Assembly: GCF_009914755.1 (NCBI RefSeq)
Contig: NC_060936.1
Origin: the human T2T-CHM13v2.0 reference genome, Homo sapiens
Strand: one strand, 5' to 3'
DNA length: 64,000 bases
Positions 1 to 14,865 of this stretch are shown here, in pieces (within the stretch, counting starts at the first letter, position 1; each line of letters opens with the position of its first letter). Made by a program: the position numbers and the translations under genes. The notes under the pieces are model-generated. The model was not told the DNA's origin. It did no database searches and saw only the letters and a program-made list of their open reading frames with translations.

Positions 1-2196
1 CACCTGCTGATTTCTCCAAAATCACACAATAATATGTTCTCAGACATTGGATAGAATTATGCTAGAATGTTCTAAAGATGAAACCACCCTCTTACTTCTT
101 TGATGAAGCCACATGTAAACTGTGTTCCTTTTGTAAACTGAAACATTAGGGACTATACTAAACTTGTCTTAGATTGACTTTAAAGTATAGAACTTAAAAA
201 GAAACCACATTCAAAGTATTTAAACTTGTATGGTATGCTTTCTCTGACCTTTAGATCCCCAGTTGGGAATCCTTGCCAAATTTAATCTTTTAGTTGTGAA
301 TAAGCTTTTGAACACAGTCATCCTGACCTTTGGACATGTCACCTTGCCTAATGAATAGCTTGTCACTTAATTAATAATGATGGTTAAACCTCCTCTAATA
401 TATTGGAGAAAAAAGTTTTAAATACTCACTTTACAGTTATTCATTTCAACACAGAATTCATAAGGAGGGAAGGTCTGCACATGAAACTTTATATCTTATA
501 CTCCTTTTCTCTTTGACTTAATAAATGAGAATCCACAAGGCAAAGGTTCAATGTTTTGCTGCTGTAAAAAAGATTTAAACCTTTTACTAGTTACTGTGTC
601 ACAATTGTGACCTTACAATGAGAAGATTATGACTTTGGGTCATAAGAAGTGGAGGAAGTACATATATAAACAGTAAAAACATAAATGTGTACTAATTCTG
701 ACCTCATTGGAAATCATTCTTTCCTAACAGTAATTTTCAGTTCCACCTGCTGAAACTCATTTTCTATAAAAATGAAGCCACAGGCAACTTAATAGTCAAG
801 GTTACAATAAAAAGGGGTCTCAAAAACATGTCATTGGTGAACAATTTTTTTTTGCAAATCTCAAATCTTTTTCTTTTGAAGCTAACCAATCTTGACCATT
901 AAAATGGACTAAAAAGACCTGCATCCACCATCAAAGACTGGATGATCAAGAACATTCATGTCACTCTCTTAGCACCATTAGGTTAAAAATTGCTATATTG
1001 TTTCCAGACTTCCTGATAGTTTTAATGATGTCTTCATTTTTCTTTTAAATGTAGACAGCCAATTTTCCTATGATGGGAGCATATTACTACTGGCGAAATA
1101 AGACATCTTGCATAGAAATGTTTGATGTCTTTGAACAAGGGACAGCCATTTCTTTACACAGTCTTCCCAAAAGCATTTGAAAGACTTGCATTTCTGCTGC
1201 TACATGAGTTTTCAGAAAAGAAAAAATGTTAGCAAAAACAATTATGTATATTTATAACAATATAGATTAGATGTATATATGTAATCTTGAGACCCTCTGT
1301 AATTTATGTTCATAGATAAAAGAAATACATCACAGAGGCAAACCCTCAACATTCTTCAAATTTAGTTTATGCTACAACAAGTGTTGCTATAGAAACATTA
1401 AATCCCCAACAGAATTCCTGGAAGTTAAAGATCTGCCTGTAGACTTGCTTCCAGATGCTGACTTGCTGGCTTGTTAAATAAAACTTGGCATTTATCATAT
1501 GGGAGATTTTATCTCGAAACATACTATGAGGACTACCTGGGACATTGAGTGCCGTGCTCACAATGGGAGAAGGGTTTATATAATCAGAAGGAGTCTCAGG
1601 ACTTCAGATGTAATGCCTATTAGCCTGATCATTTTTCCTCTTTCTCCATCAATATTCCCTATAAATAAGCAGCTCTAAAATAGGAAACTCCCTAAATGAC
1701 CAGATGATGGAAAATCACTTTATTAATAAAAATTTTTCATCTGTGTTAAGCAGGTTAAGTCTTTCTGGATACCAGTGAGAAAATCACGTTTTCCTATAGA
1801 CATTTTGCAGCTTCTCTTTAAGAGCAATTTCCCCCTGGTAATTATACAGCAGTTTGCTCTCAGAAAACAGACTGATTAATGAGGAAGCAGCTAAATGAGT
1901 TCTTTAAAAATGTCTAAAAATGTTCTTGCTTCTGCTTTTCTAATCTTCCTCAACCAAATTGACAGCTTTTTAAAAGAATCTCCTTAGTGAATGCATGACA
2001 ATTACATTGGAACTCAAAGAATTACCACAAGCCTTAGTTTAAGAAGACATTTTAAATCATAAGAGTATTCATTAAAAGGCCATCTGTCAGATGTTCTCCA
2101 TCACTGACATCACCCACATCTCTACCTTCTTCTCTTCCTGTTATTTTAACCTCATTTGACTTTTTTGACTGCTTTGGAAGAAAATCAGCCTTTCTT

Positions 2197-2342
2197 GGCC
2201 AGGTGCAGTGGCTAATGCCTGTAATTCCAGCATTTTGGGAGGCCAAGGTGAGAGGATCACTTGAGATCAGGAGTTTGAGGCTGCAGTGAGCTATAGTCAC
2301 TCCACTGTACTCCTGCCTAGGCAACAGAGTGAGACTCTGTCA
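2197..2342 (+). mobile_element. Monomeric Alu (FAM/FLAM-like)
   Basis: GGCCAGGTGCAGTGGCT start running directly into GAGGCTGCAGTGAGC...GAGACTCTGTC; single arm. Confidence 0.85.
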
Positions 2343-2599
2343 GAAAGAAGAAGAAGAGAAGAGGAGAGGGGAGGGGAGGGGGAGGGAGGGAGAGAGGGAG
2401 TAAGGAAGGAAGGAAGGAATGAAGGAAGGAAGGAAGGAAGGAAAAAGAAAGAGAGAGAAAGAAGGAAAGAAAGAGAGAGGGAAAGAAAGAGAGAAAGAAG
2501 GAAAGAGAGAGAGAAAGAGAGAGAAAGAAGAAAGAAAGAAAAGAAAGAAAGAGAGAAAGAAAGAAAAAGAAAAGAAAAGAATAGAGAAAGAAGAGAAGA
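2343..2599 (+). repeat. Polypurine (GAAA)n/(GGAA)n/(GA)n tract
   Basis: Nearly pure A/G; expanded Alu tail. Confidence 0.95.
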
Positions 2600-3250
<651 letters not shown>

Positions 3251-3277
3251 TCATTAGTCACATTTCCACATTTCCGG

Positions 3278-4083
<806 letters not shown>

Positions 4084-4164
4084 CAATTTCCAACTTTTAA
4101 TAAATGTATATAAATATAGTAGAAAGTAATTTATCTTGTGGCCCTTAAAAGGGTGGTTGGGGTA

Positions 4165-5110
4165 GGGGGAAGCCCACTCCTTAAGTATGAGCTGTACATA
4201 GTGACTTCCTTCCAAAGAGTACAGTATGGGAAGGAGGAACAAAAGAGTCATTTTACAGTGGAGACAGCTGATAAATATGACCTCAGCCAGGTGATCATGG
4301 CCAACATTGGCAGTCATAAATCATGTTAATAGTTTGCACCTTTGCTATGATGTGAAGAAAACTGCACTTCACCTCTGATCTTCCCCAAAATCTGTAACTC
4401 AAGTCTAATCATGAAAAAAAATCAGACAAATCTCAAGGAGACATCTCATGATATATCTGACCAATATTCGATTGTCCAGATCCTTAAAAACAAAAGTCTG
4501 AGAAACTGTCACAGCCAAGAAGTGCCCAAGGAAAATTGATAATTAAATATAATGTGGTACCCTGGATGGGATCCTAGGGCAGTAGAAGGACATCATGTAA
4601 AAATTTTATTTATTTATTTATTTAGTTTTGAGACAGGGTCTCACTCTGTTGCTAAGGCTGGAGTGCAGTGGTGTGAGCACAGCTCACGGTAGCCTCAGCC
4701 TCCCAGAGTCAGGTGATCCTCCCACCTCAGCCTCCCAAGTACCTGGTAGTACAGGCACATGCCACCATGCCTGGCTAATTTTTTAAATAATTTGTAGATA
4801 TAGGGTCTCCCAATGTTGCCCTGGCTGGTTTCGAACTCCTGGTCTCAAGCAATCTTCCCACCTCAGCCTCCCAAAATGTTGGGATTACAGGTCTGAGCCA
4901 CCATGTCTGGCCTAAAACTTTAAAAATCTGAGTAAACTATGGACTTTAGTTAATAATAATAATGTATCAATATTAGTTTATTAATTGTAACAAATATACC
5001 ATACTAATATAAGATGTTAATAATAGAGGAGACTGTGTGTGGGTGGGGGAACTGTTTAGGGCAACTCTGTACTTATCTGCTCAATTTTTATGTAAATCTA
5101 AAACTTAAAA
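4165..5110 (+). mobile_element. Old L1 (L1MC/L1MD class) 3' UTR, split by AluJ
   Basis: GTGACTTCCTTCCAAAGAGTACAGTATGG...ATGTAAATCTAAAAC followed by A-rich end. Confidence 0.8.
4604..4912 (-). mobile_element. AluJ
   Basis: GAGACAGGGTCTC, GATCCTCCCACCTCAGCC; (TTTA)n tail. Confidence 0.92.
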
Positions 5111-5517
5111 AAGAAAACTCTATTAATAACAAAAAAGGAAGAAGTGGATGAAGGGGTTCAAAGTATTCCACCTGAAATATGCCATGCTGATATAAAGATA
5201 ATTTTGAGCTAAAGGAAAGTGAGAAGCTGCAAATAACTCTCTGGTCTCCTCTTCTCTGCAAGAAACAGCAGAATTTTTAACCACCAAAGACACTCTAGAC
5301 TCAGCAGCACAGAGATGGCACCAGAGGAATCTACATAGCAAACCTTGCTAAAACAATCCTTATCCGTCTCCATGAGTTTTCCAATATATTGACCTTCCCA
5401 TGGTTGGCCACACCTAAAGGCCTAAACTCCTTCTCCCTTGTCACTTCTCTACAAATTTATTGCTCTTTGTTAAGATGCTATATAAGCCCCAGTTAACCAT
5501 GCCTTTGAGTTACTCAT

Positions 5518-7912
5518 TGATGTGGTTTGGCTCTGTGTCCCCACCCAAATCTCATGTCAAATTGTGATCCCCACATGTCGGGGTAGGGGCCTGGTGGGAG
5601 GTGATTGAATCATGGGGTCAGACACTCACTTCTCATGATAGTGAGTGAGTTCTCGTGAGATCTGGTTGTTTGAAAGTGTGTAGCACATCCCCCTTCACCC
5701 TCTCTGTCTCCTCCTCTGCCATAGAAAGATGTGCCTTGTTTCCCTGTCACCTTCTGCCATAATTGTAAGTTTCCTGAGGCCTCTCAGTCATGCTTCATGT
5801 TAAGTCTGTGGAACTGTGAGTCAATTAAACATCTTTTTTTCATAAATGACCCAGTCTCCAGTAGTTCTTTATAGCAATGTGAAAACAGACTAATACAAAA
5901 AACTGGTGTTAGGAGAGTGGGGCACTGCTATAAAGATACCCGAAAATGTGGAAGTGACTTTGGAACTGGGTAATGAGCACAGGTTGGAACAGTTTGGAGG
6001 GCTCAAAAAAAGACAGGAAAATGTGGGAAAGTTTGGAACTTCCTAGATACCTGTTGAATGGTTTTGACCAAAATGCTGATGGTGGTATGTAAAATGAAGT
6101 CCTGGCTGAGGTGGTCTCAGATGGAGATGAGAAATTTATTGGGAACTGGAGTAAAGGTCACTCTTCCTATGCTTTAGCAAAAAGACTGGCAGCATTTTGC
6201 CTCTTCCCTAGAGAACTGTGGAACATTGAACTTGAGAAAGATGATTTAGGGTATCTGGCAGAAGAAATTTCTAAGCAGAAAAGCATTGAAGATGTAACGT
6301 GGCTGTTTCTAAAAGTGTATACTTACATGTGTGAAGAAAGAGATGGTCTGAAATTGGAATTTATATTTAAAAGGGAAGCAGAGTATAAAAGTTTGGAAAA
6401 TTTGCAGCCCAACCATGCAGTAGAAAAGAAGAACCCACTTTCTGGGGAGAAATTCAAGCTGGGTGCAGACATTTGCATAAGTAGTGAGGAACTAAATGTT
6501 AATACCCAAGACAAGGGGGAAAATATCTCCAGGGCATTTCAGAGATCTTCATGGCAGCCCCTGCCATCACAGGCCCAGAGGCCTAGGAGGAAAAAATGGT
6601 TTTGTGGGCCAGGCTCAGAGCCCTGCTGCTCTATTCAGGCTCGGGACATGGCGCCCTGCATTTCAGCTACTTCAGCTCTAGCCATGGCTACAAGGGGCCA
6701 AGGTACAGTTTGGGCCATTGCTTCAGAGGGTGCAAGCCCCAACTCTTGGTGGCTTCCATGTGGTGTTGGGCCTGTGGGTGCACAGAAGGCAAGAGTTGAG
6801 GTTTGGGGACCTCTGCCTAGATTTCAGAGGATGTATGGAAATGCCTGGATGTCCAGGCAGACATCTACTGCAGGGGTGGAGCCCTCATAGAGAACCTCTA
6901 CTAGGGCAGTGCAGAGGGGAAATGTGGGGTCAGAGCCTCCACACAGAGTCCCTACTGGGAAACTGCATAGTGGGTCTGTGAGAAGAGGGCCACTATCCTC
7001 CAGACCCCAGAATGGTAGATCCACTGACAGCTTGCACTGTGCAACTGGAAAAGCCACAGGCACTCAATGCCAGCCTGTGAAAGCAGCCACAGGGGCTGTT
7101 CCCTGCAGAGCCACAGGGGCAGAGCTGCCCAAGGCCTTGGGAGCTCACCTCTTGTGTCATCGTGCCCTGGATATGAGACATGGAGTCAAAGAAGTTTTTT
7201 TTTTGGAACTTGAAGATTTGATGACTGCCCTGCTGGGTTTTGAACTTGCATGGGGCCTGTAGCCCCTTTGTTTAGGTCAATTTCTCCCTCTTGCAATGGG
7301 AGCATTTACCCAATGCCTTTACCCCCATTGTGTCTTGGAAGTAACTAACTTGTTTTTTATTTTACAGGCTCATAGGCAGAAGGAACTGGCCTTGTCTCAG
7401 ATGAGACTTTGGACTTGGACTTTTGAGTTAATGCTGGAATGAATTAAGACTTTGGGGAACTGTTAGAAAGGCATGATTGGTTTTGAAGTGTGAGAAGGGC
7501 ATGAGACTTGGGAGGGGCCAGGAGCAGAATGATATGGTTTGGCTCTGTGTCTCCACCCAAATCTCATGCAGAATTGTAATCCCCTGGTGTTGGGGGAGAG
7601 GCCTGCTAGGAGGTTATTGAATCATGGGGGCATACTACTTCCCCCTTGCTGTTCTTGTGATAGTGAGTGAGTTCTCATGAGATCTGGTTCTTCGAAAGTG
7701 TGTGGCACTTCCCCCTTCACTCTTTCTCCCCCTCATCCTCCACCATGGGAAGATGTACCTTGCTTCCCCTTCACCTTCTGCCATGATTGTAAGTTTCCTG
7801 ATGCCTGCTAGCCATGCTTCCTGTTAAGCCTGCAGTCAATTAAACCTCTTTTCTTCATAAATTACCCAGTCTCAGGTAGTTCTTTATAGCAGTGTGAAAA
7901 AGGACTAATACA
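5518..7912 (+). mobile_element. Full-length THE1D MaLR (LTR 5518-5897, internal 5898-7529, LTR 7530-7912)
   Basis: Two LTRs TGAT(G/A)TGGTTTGGCTCTGTG...GACTAATACA; TSD CTCAT/CTAAT; PPT-like GGGAGGGGCCAGGAGCAGAA. Confidence 0.93.
6111..6890 (+). pseudogene. THE1-internal ORF remnant (259 aa)
   Basis: GNWSKGHSSYALAKRLAAFC...DDLGYLAEEISKQ is typical of the MaLR internal ORF. Confidence 0.85.
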
Positions 7913-8294
7913 CTAATCACTGAGTTTCTCCCAAGTATATGTCATGCTGCATGTGTTAATAAATTTCTGTTTGTTTTTCTCTTATTCATCTGTCTTTTGT
8001 TAGTTTAATTTGAAGGGCCTCAGTTGGAGAACCTAGGAGGGTGGAAGTAAAAGCTTTTTTCTCCCCTATGTGGGAAAGACTGAGGAACATGTGTAGCTAA
8101 TTAGGTATACAAAGCTTGGTATTTGCTGCCATTGAATTTGGGAGCAAAGGTGGACCCCCATATGGGAAGGATATAAGGCACAAAGCCCCCACAGGGTAGC
8201 CGGCCTGGTTGAAGTAGCCTGGATTCAGTGAGTACAGGACCTATGCTTCCTTCATGTCCATAACTTCATGCCAAGCTCAGCATCTTCAACATGA

Positions 8295-8930
8295 GCACTG
8301 ATATTCATCAAGTATCCACTATGGGCCTGATACTGCACTAAGCACTTTAGGTACGTTATCTCAAATGGTCTTCATCTTAGTCTGTTTACATTGTTATAAA
8401 GGCATACCTGATGCTGGGCAATTTATGAAGAAAAGAGGTTTATTTGGCTCATGATTCTGCAGGCTGTACAAGAAGCTTGGCACTAGAATCTGCTTCTGGT
8501 TAGGGCCTCAGGCTGCTCCCACTCATAGCAGAAGACAAAGGGGAGCCAGCAAGTACAGAGGATCACAAGGGAAGAAAGGAAGCAAGAGAGTGGAGATGTG
8601 CCAGGCTCCTTTTAACAACCAGTTCTCATGGGAGCTAATAGAATGAGAACTCACTCATTCCCCTCCCAGGCAGGGCATTAATCTATTCATGAGAGATCTA
8701 CCCCCATGACCCAAACATCTCCCATTAACCCCCACCTCCAACACTGAAGGTCAAATTTCAACATGAGCTTTGGAAGCCTCAAACAAACTATAGCAAACTA
8801 TAACCCAATTGTACACACGAGGGAAACTGAGGGAACAAAGTAGTTTACCCAAGGAAACACAGCTAGTAAATGACAGAGCCAGGACTTGAACCCAGGCAGT
8901 CTGACTTCCTAGTATCATCCTGTGTACCAC
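8295..8930 (-). mobile_element. MIR split by MSTB
   Basis: GGAAACTGAGG...CCCAAGG..CACAGCTAGTAA...GAACCCAGGCAGTCTG core. Confidence 0.8.
8373..8795 (-). mobile_element. MSTB-type MaLR solo LTR
   Basis: TTAGTCTGTTT...AAGAGGTTTATTTGGCTCA...CAAACTATAGCA. Confidence 0.85.
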
Positions 8931-9461
8931 CACAAGCAGATACTAAATACATACTGGCAGTATGACATGATTTTCTGCTCTTACAGGTTACATTTCAAGT
9001 TTGAATCACTGGTTTTAAACATCTGAAATTCTCAAGCTGTGTTTGGCAGACCCAGTTGATCCTTAGCTTTGGAGATTTATGGTTCTTGGATTGGCATATG
9101 GCGGAGCCACCTAAGAGTCCATGACATGTAGCAATTTATAATACTATTGAGACACGAACCAGAATCACCTTCCTGTGAGGCTGGTTTAACAGCAGTTATT
9201 TGTTTTGAGCACTCTCAGAGGTAACCCCTGCAGAAGCTGGATGGCCAGGTCCAACCTCTTTGGCTGCAGCATGTCCAGCAGCTCAGCATGCTAACAGAGG
9301 GTTACTCCTTAGTGGGAGGACTTGGGAGTGATACCAATGACAATCTTGTATGTGGATTTCTTACCTTGATGTCTAATTGGCAGCCCTACAGTATTGACTG
9401 GACATGTGATTAAATAGGGATCACTCTATTTGAACATATCACTAAATGCGTTTCCTGTATG

Positions 9462-9587
9462 CTTAGACAAGATTGTTTACCCAGGACAGTCCCAGCTTAC
9501 AACTATTGTCCCCACATAATTATCAATAGAGTCCTCTGTCACTCTCAAAAGTGCTCCAGTTTGAACAGTGACTTGTACAGCCTCCAT
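9462..9587. mobile_element. MER94-like hAT-Blackjack MITE
   Basis: CCCAGGACAGTCCCAG...TAATTATCAATAG...CACTCTCAAAAGTG matches the recalled MER94 core. Confidence 0.6.
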
Positions 9588-10233
9588 ATTTATAACACAA
9601 ACAGTTGTCTGCTACTCCCAAGCTAAAACCTCTAGAGACCACACTAACTGTGATTGTAGAATATCAGTGACAGCTGGGACTCCTGTTCCTAGAGGTTTGG
9701 TAGAGTGAGTTCATCTGGAAAAAAAAAAGGTGATTGTGAAAGAAACCATGATTTTCAGAAGTGTGATTATTCATTCATTCCAAATGGGAACTATTTTGCA
9801 ACTTTCATAAATTTCAACTACATTTTATGCACTAAATGGTGAAACTGCTGCAAAAACCACACGTGTTTTAAAATAAATATACATGTGACTATCACCTGAG
9901 TTCCAAAGCCAGACAGTTGCCTTTAAGGTGTGACAGATGGCATCATCCTCTAGGAGGACAGTCAGCATGATCACATGTGATGCCACACTGAGCATCAGGG
10001 CATCAATAGCTATCCTGTTGGAACAGGGCCTGGAGCAAGAAATGCAATAGTTCAACCATAATTGTCTTGTCATTGAAAATCTTTTTGTAGTTCTCGCCCT
10101 TGACATACATCATGAACTTCTTTTCAGGTCCGATATACCTTGTCATACACTGAGTGTACAAAATGTGACAGTGCTGCCACATCACCTGTCATCATAGAAC
10201 TCTTCTATAATGCTTTTACATTTCTCTCTCTCT

Positions 10234-10529
10234 CTTTTTTTTTTTTTTTTTAGATGGGGTCTCACTCTGTCACCCAGGCTGGAGTGCAGTGGCACAATCT
10301 CTGCTCACTGCAACCTCTGCCTCCCAGGTTCAAGCAATTCTCTGCCTCAGCCTCCTGAGTAGCTGGGATTACAGGCACCCACCACCAAGCCTGGCTAATT
10401 TTTGTATTTTTAATAGAGATGGGGTTTCACCATCTTGGCCAGGCTGGTCTTGAACTCTTGAGCTCGTGATCCACCCGCCTCGGCCTCCCAAAGTGCTGGG
10501 ATTACAGGCGTGAGCCACCGCACCCGGCC
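10234..10529 (-). mobile_element. AluS
   Basis: Full dimer; TSD ACATTTCTCT at 10218-10227 and 10530-10539. Confidence 0.95.
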
Positions 10530-10870
10530 ACATTTCTCTTCTATCTATGTTGTTTTGTTGTTGTTGCCTTGTCCGTTTCCTTACCATTTGTGAGGTCAAC
10601 ACATTCACTGAAAAATATGGGATTTCACTTCCAAAACCTTCTAAGGTAAGTATCAGCTATTGATTCCTATTATTTTCTTTCTCTCAAGAATTCTGATTTG
10701 TTGCAAAATTTTCTCTCATGTTCACAAATTTGTAGTAACCTCCAAAAATCCAAATATGACCTTGATTCTAAGCTTCAATTAAGGCTGTTGATGAAATGTG
10801 GTCTCCTGTCTGGAAGAAGCTACTCTTAGGGACTGTAGTGAGAAATTTTAAAATATAGAACAAACCAATT

Positions 10871-10999
10871 ACTGGAGATGGATGATGATGATGGTTGCAA
10901 AATAATGGGCACATAGTTAATGCCACTGAATTATGCACTTAAAATGGTTACAATGGGAAATTTTATGTCATGTATATTTTACCAGTGTTAAAAAAAAAT
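10871..10999 (+). mobile_element. L1MB 3' terminal fragment
   Basis: GATGGTTGCA...CCACTGAATT..CACTTAAAATGGTT...TATATTTTACCA followed by poly-A. Confidence 0.85.
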
Positions 11000-11342
11000 A
11001 GAGAGAATACATCAGTCAGAAGCATTCGGGGACAAAATCCATGAATATGTATGCAGATGTGTGTAGATGCTACAGGGCTTGGCTGACAAAAAAAAAAGCA
11101 ACCAAGAATTAGAGACGAGCAAAGCTTCCTGGAGAATGTTTGCCCATTGTTGGATGGTCTGAACATGCAGCGAACTTTCATAAGGACAGATATGGATGAT
11201 GCCTTACTCACCAGAGCACACAAGTGACTGCATAAAGGCTGTCCAGGAGCTGCAAAAGACCGAAGTGGAACAGCAGCATCCTAAAAGTGAAATTGGTGGT
11301 GAACACATTTATTTGTTCATTAAATACTTATTGCACTCACTA

Positions 11343-11533
11343 CCATATTTCATCAAATCTAATATAATACAAACTATTAAGTTAGTTATAAAGCATGTGT
11401 GTTTATTAGATGATTTTCTATTTCTTGGGTATCTAAAATACTTAGCTATTTAAAAGCTCTAACATCATCACAAGTACCTTAAGTACTGGTATGATGTAAA
11501 CATACTTTATTCCCATAGATTAAAAAAAATGGT
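11343..11533. mobile_element. Possible Tc2/Kanga (MER104-like) DNA transposon relic
   Basis: Starts TA-CCATATTTCATCAAATCTAA, resembling the Tc2-family TIR; other end degenerate. Confidence 0.35.
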
Positions 11534-11944
11534 GCATAGAAGATCACAAAGACAAGAAAATAAACAGAAGCTCTGGCTACAGAACAGAGAACAACTGAAA
11601 GGGGACTCGGGGAGACCAGTGAGAAGATGGCCATTGGGCTTAGTATGAAATGATAATGGTGGTCGCTTCCATGTGCTTTGTGTTGATGCTGGAAATGAAG
11701 AGAAGATATATCTAAGAATAAGCTAGAAGAAAAAAAAAAGACAATTTTGTGGTGACACATCACAACTTAAGCTGCTATTTGCCAGATGGAAGGGAACACT
11801 TTCTCCCCTCTGCCTACATTTCTTCACCTCTTCTCCCAGAGGAGCAGAGAGGAATCTGATTGATCATGTTTCATGACAGTGATTGGGTCACACTTGTTTA
11901 CTTGTGTGTTGAAAGGCCACCTGTCCAGGTGTGGAGAGGATGGA

Positions 11945-12495
<551 letters not shown>

Positions 12496-12791
12496 TCCCA
12501 TGCCATCAGCAGACCCATCTTGCTCACTCTCTTTTATTCTGTTTCCTTATGTACCCAAGTGTGCACCTTATTTCCTATTTCATAACCCATAATTAGGATT
12601 AGGTTTAGAGAAATAGAGGCATACACCTAGCTTTCATTCTAATCAGGTTGCTCCAGCCCAGCTTTGACCAAGGCTCTCTAGCTAGAGTATCAGCAACTGT
12701 CCTTGATAAAAATGAAGTAGCATTTAATTATCATTTGTTTAATTAGCACACTGCCTCTTGCCAGTATAGCTTCATTAAGAACTTTATGGGA

Positions 12792-12843
12792 AATATGTAC
12801 ACCTACTATGTACCCACAAAAATTATTAAAAATTGAAAAAAAT
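12792..12843 (+). mobile_element. ~50-bp 5'-truncated L1MA tail
   Basis: TACACCTACTATGTACCCACAAAAATT flanked by TSD GAACTTTATGGGA/GAACTTCATGGGA. Confidence 0.75.
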
Positions 12844-12904
12844 GAACTTCATGGGATGGAGTAGAGTTAGAAGGACAAGGATTCCTAGATCTCTGGCCTA
12901 ATAT

Positions 12905-13135
12905 TATCTGTTCAACATGATTTGAACATATACTATGTGCTTGTCATTGTTCTAGGTCCTGGGATTTAGCTGAGACAAGACAGATTTTATCACTCATACT
13001 CCTTACTTGATCTTTCATATATATCTTATTATAGTCCTTGTCATATTAGGCAATAATTATTTGTTTTCTTGTCTGTCTCCCTCTGCTAAGCCATTGAGTC
13101 CTGAAGGGCAGGTACTCTAACTTCCTTCAATGTCA
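12905..13135. mobile_element. L2 3' fragments (opposite orientations)
   Basis: TACTATGTGC...TTGTTCTAGG and TTGTCTGTCTCCC...TCCTGAAGGGCAGG. Confidence 0.6.
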
Positions 13136-13199
13136 CCTAAGAGTGGGAAAGATGTAGGTATAGAACTATCAAGGAAGAACTGGCTCTCATCCTTGCTTT

Positions 13200-14230
13200 T
13201 CCTGTCTTTTTCCTCCCTGTGTTGTGATCTCAGTAATTCCTTCAGGTCTGTCTTCTACATTACTGATTCTCATTTCAGCTGTGTCTAATCTGCTGTTAAC
13301 TCATCCATTGAGGGTTTAATCTTAGCAATTTTGTTTTTCTATTCCAGAAATCCTATTTGAGTCTTCTTTAAATCTTCCTAGTCTTTTTTGATAGTGTCAT
13401 GTAAAGAAACATGACACTATCTTTCTTTCTTGTGTTCTTGTTTCTTGTGTTTTCAATTCCATATTTTATTTTAACATTTTAAATATAATTAATTTCTATA
13501 TTTTATAATGATTATCATTTCATTGCCTGATGTTCTTGAGGAAAGGATGTGGGCCACCTCCTACTTTTCGTTTCTGCTGATACTGGCTTGCTTTTATGTG
13601 TTTGCAATTTTGGATTGTGAGCACAAATTTAATTGAGCTTTATCCGTGGGTCACTTCTGAAGCTTGGATTGAAAGTTTATCTATTCAGGAAGGATTATTT
13701 TCTCCTCTGCTAAATGCCTGGGAGCATTATAAACCTGAGTTTACTTTATATTAATTTATTGCTTTGGAATTTCCAGGCCTATGCAAATAGTGCAAGTTTA
13801 AATTATGTGCTAACATGCCTTTGGTCACTAATTTTGAGGGAATATTTTTATTCATTCAGAACCTTGGCCAAGACAAACACGTTTATTTCTCATTTTCCAT
13901 TATGGGACAAATTTTTCCTACCCCTGTCTTTCACTGAGTGTGTACCTTTAAGAGTTCCAGATTTCTATGGCATTCTCAATTCGTTTCCCACTTTTTGCAG
14001 GACTAAGATCTTTCAGTCCCCATAGAGTCACTGAAACCCTGTTTCTTGGTTATGAAATTGGGAAATAGCTTCCGAGCTTAAGTTTTCAGCTTAAGTTTTG
14101 GGCACTCCAGAATTTCTCCTACTTTTTTTCACTATCACCTTTCCATTTGAGAATATGTTTATGATATTTTTTCCAATTTTTCCAAGTGTGTTGTAATGAA
14201 AGGGCTTTCAAATTACCACCATATTGCAGA
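13200..14230 (-). mobile_element. Ancient L1M/HAL1 5' region (ORF1/UTR)
   Basis: TTCAGCTGTGTCTAATCTGCTGTTAA..CCATTGAG; T-rich antisense L1 texture. Confidence 0.7.
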
Positions 14231-14672
14231 TAATGGAGGTTAATAATGTAATCAGAGAAGTATAGAAGTTTTGTTATTGCTGCCTTTGTGGAATTTACAA
14301 TCTTCTGGGCATTTATTTGGAACTATCTCTAGAAAGATACAAAGGAATATTTTCAAACAGTCAGATCCTACAGATACTGCTCAGTTGGAACAAACGTGAT
14401 GAATTTCACTGCTCTTTCAATCCCAGCATTACAGGCATGAGTATTGTTACTGTCATGTGGGGTTAGGCGGATACAACACCACACCCAGCTGAACAGCAAG
14501 AATTTAGTGAAGTTCATCTGAAAGTTGGAACAAGAAAACCACCTAAGAGAAAGACTTTTGAGTAATGGAGGAGAGACTTTCAAATACCGTTTAGACCAGG
14601 ATATGTTTATTTCCCAACCAAAATAGGGAAATGCTATCGAACCTTCACATCACTGGGAGGGCATCAGATAAG

Positions 14673-14865
14673 GAGTGTTTTCCACAAAGGGGTTGCCTGA
14701 CCAACTACCTCAGAATCATCTCAAAAGTTTGTTTGAAAAAGCAGATTTCTGAATTTCACTCTTGGATATTCTGATTCAGTAGTCTCAGGTGGAATCTGAA
14801 AATCTGCATTTTTAACCAGGACCCTGGTGTCTCTTACGTACACTGAGGTGGGAGAAGCTTTAATG
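14673..14865. mobile_element. MER5A/B hAT-Charlie MITE
   Basis: CAGAATCA...GCAGATTTCTG...TTCTGATTCAGTAG...AATCTGCATTTTTAAC. Confidence 0.8.

Larger units (their letters stand above)
5149..8070 (+). mobile_element. MER34-type ERV1 solo LTR split by THE1D (5149-5517 and 7913-8070)
   Basis: TGAAGGGGTTCA...ATATGCCA...ATTTTGAGCTAAAGG start, AATAAA, end TTCTCCCCTA; TSD TGGA/TGGG. Confidence 0.7.

Noticed and set aside
1890-1980. Minus-strand DSFKKLSIWLRKIRKAE resembling a Rab GTPase helix
   Set aside because: No G1/G3/G4 motifs nearby and flanked by stops; probably chance or an alternative frame of the decayed exon.
1-2196. Endogenous non-retroviral viral element or ancient RT
   Set aside because: No GDN, YADD or other polymerase motifs found in the frames I translated.
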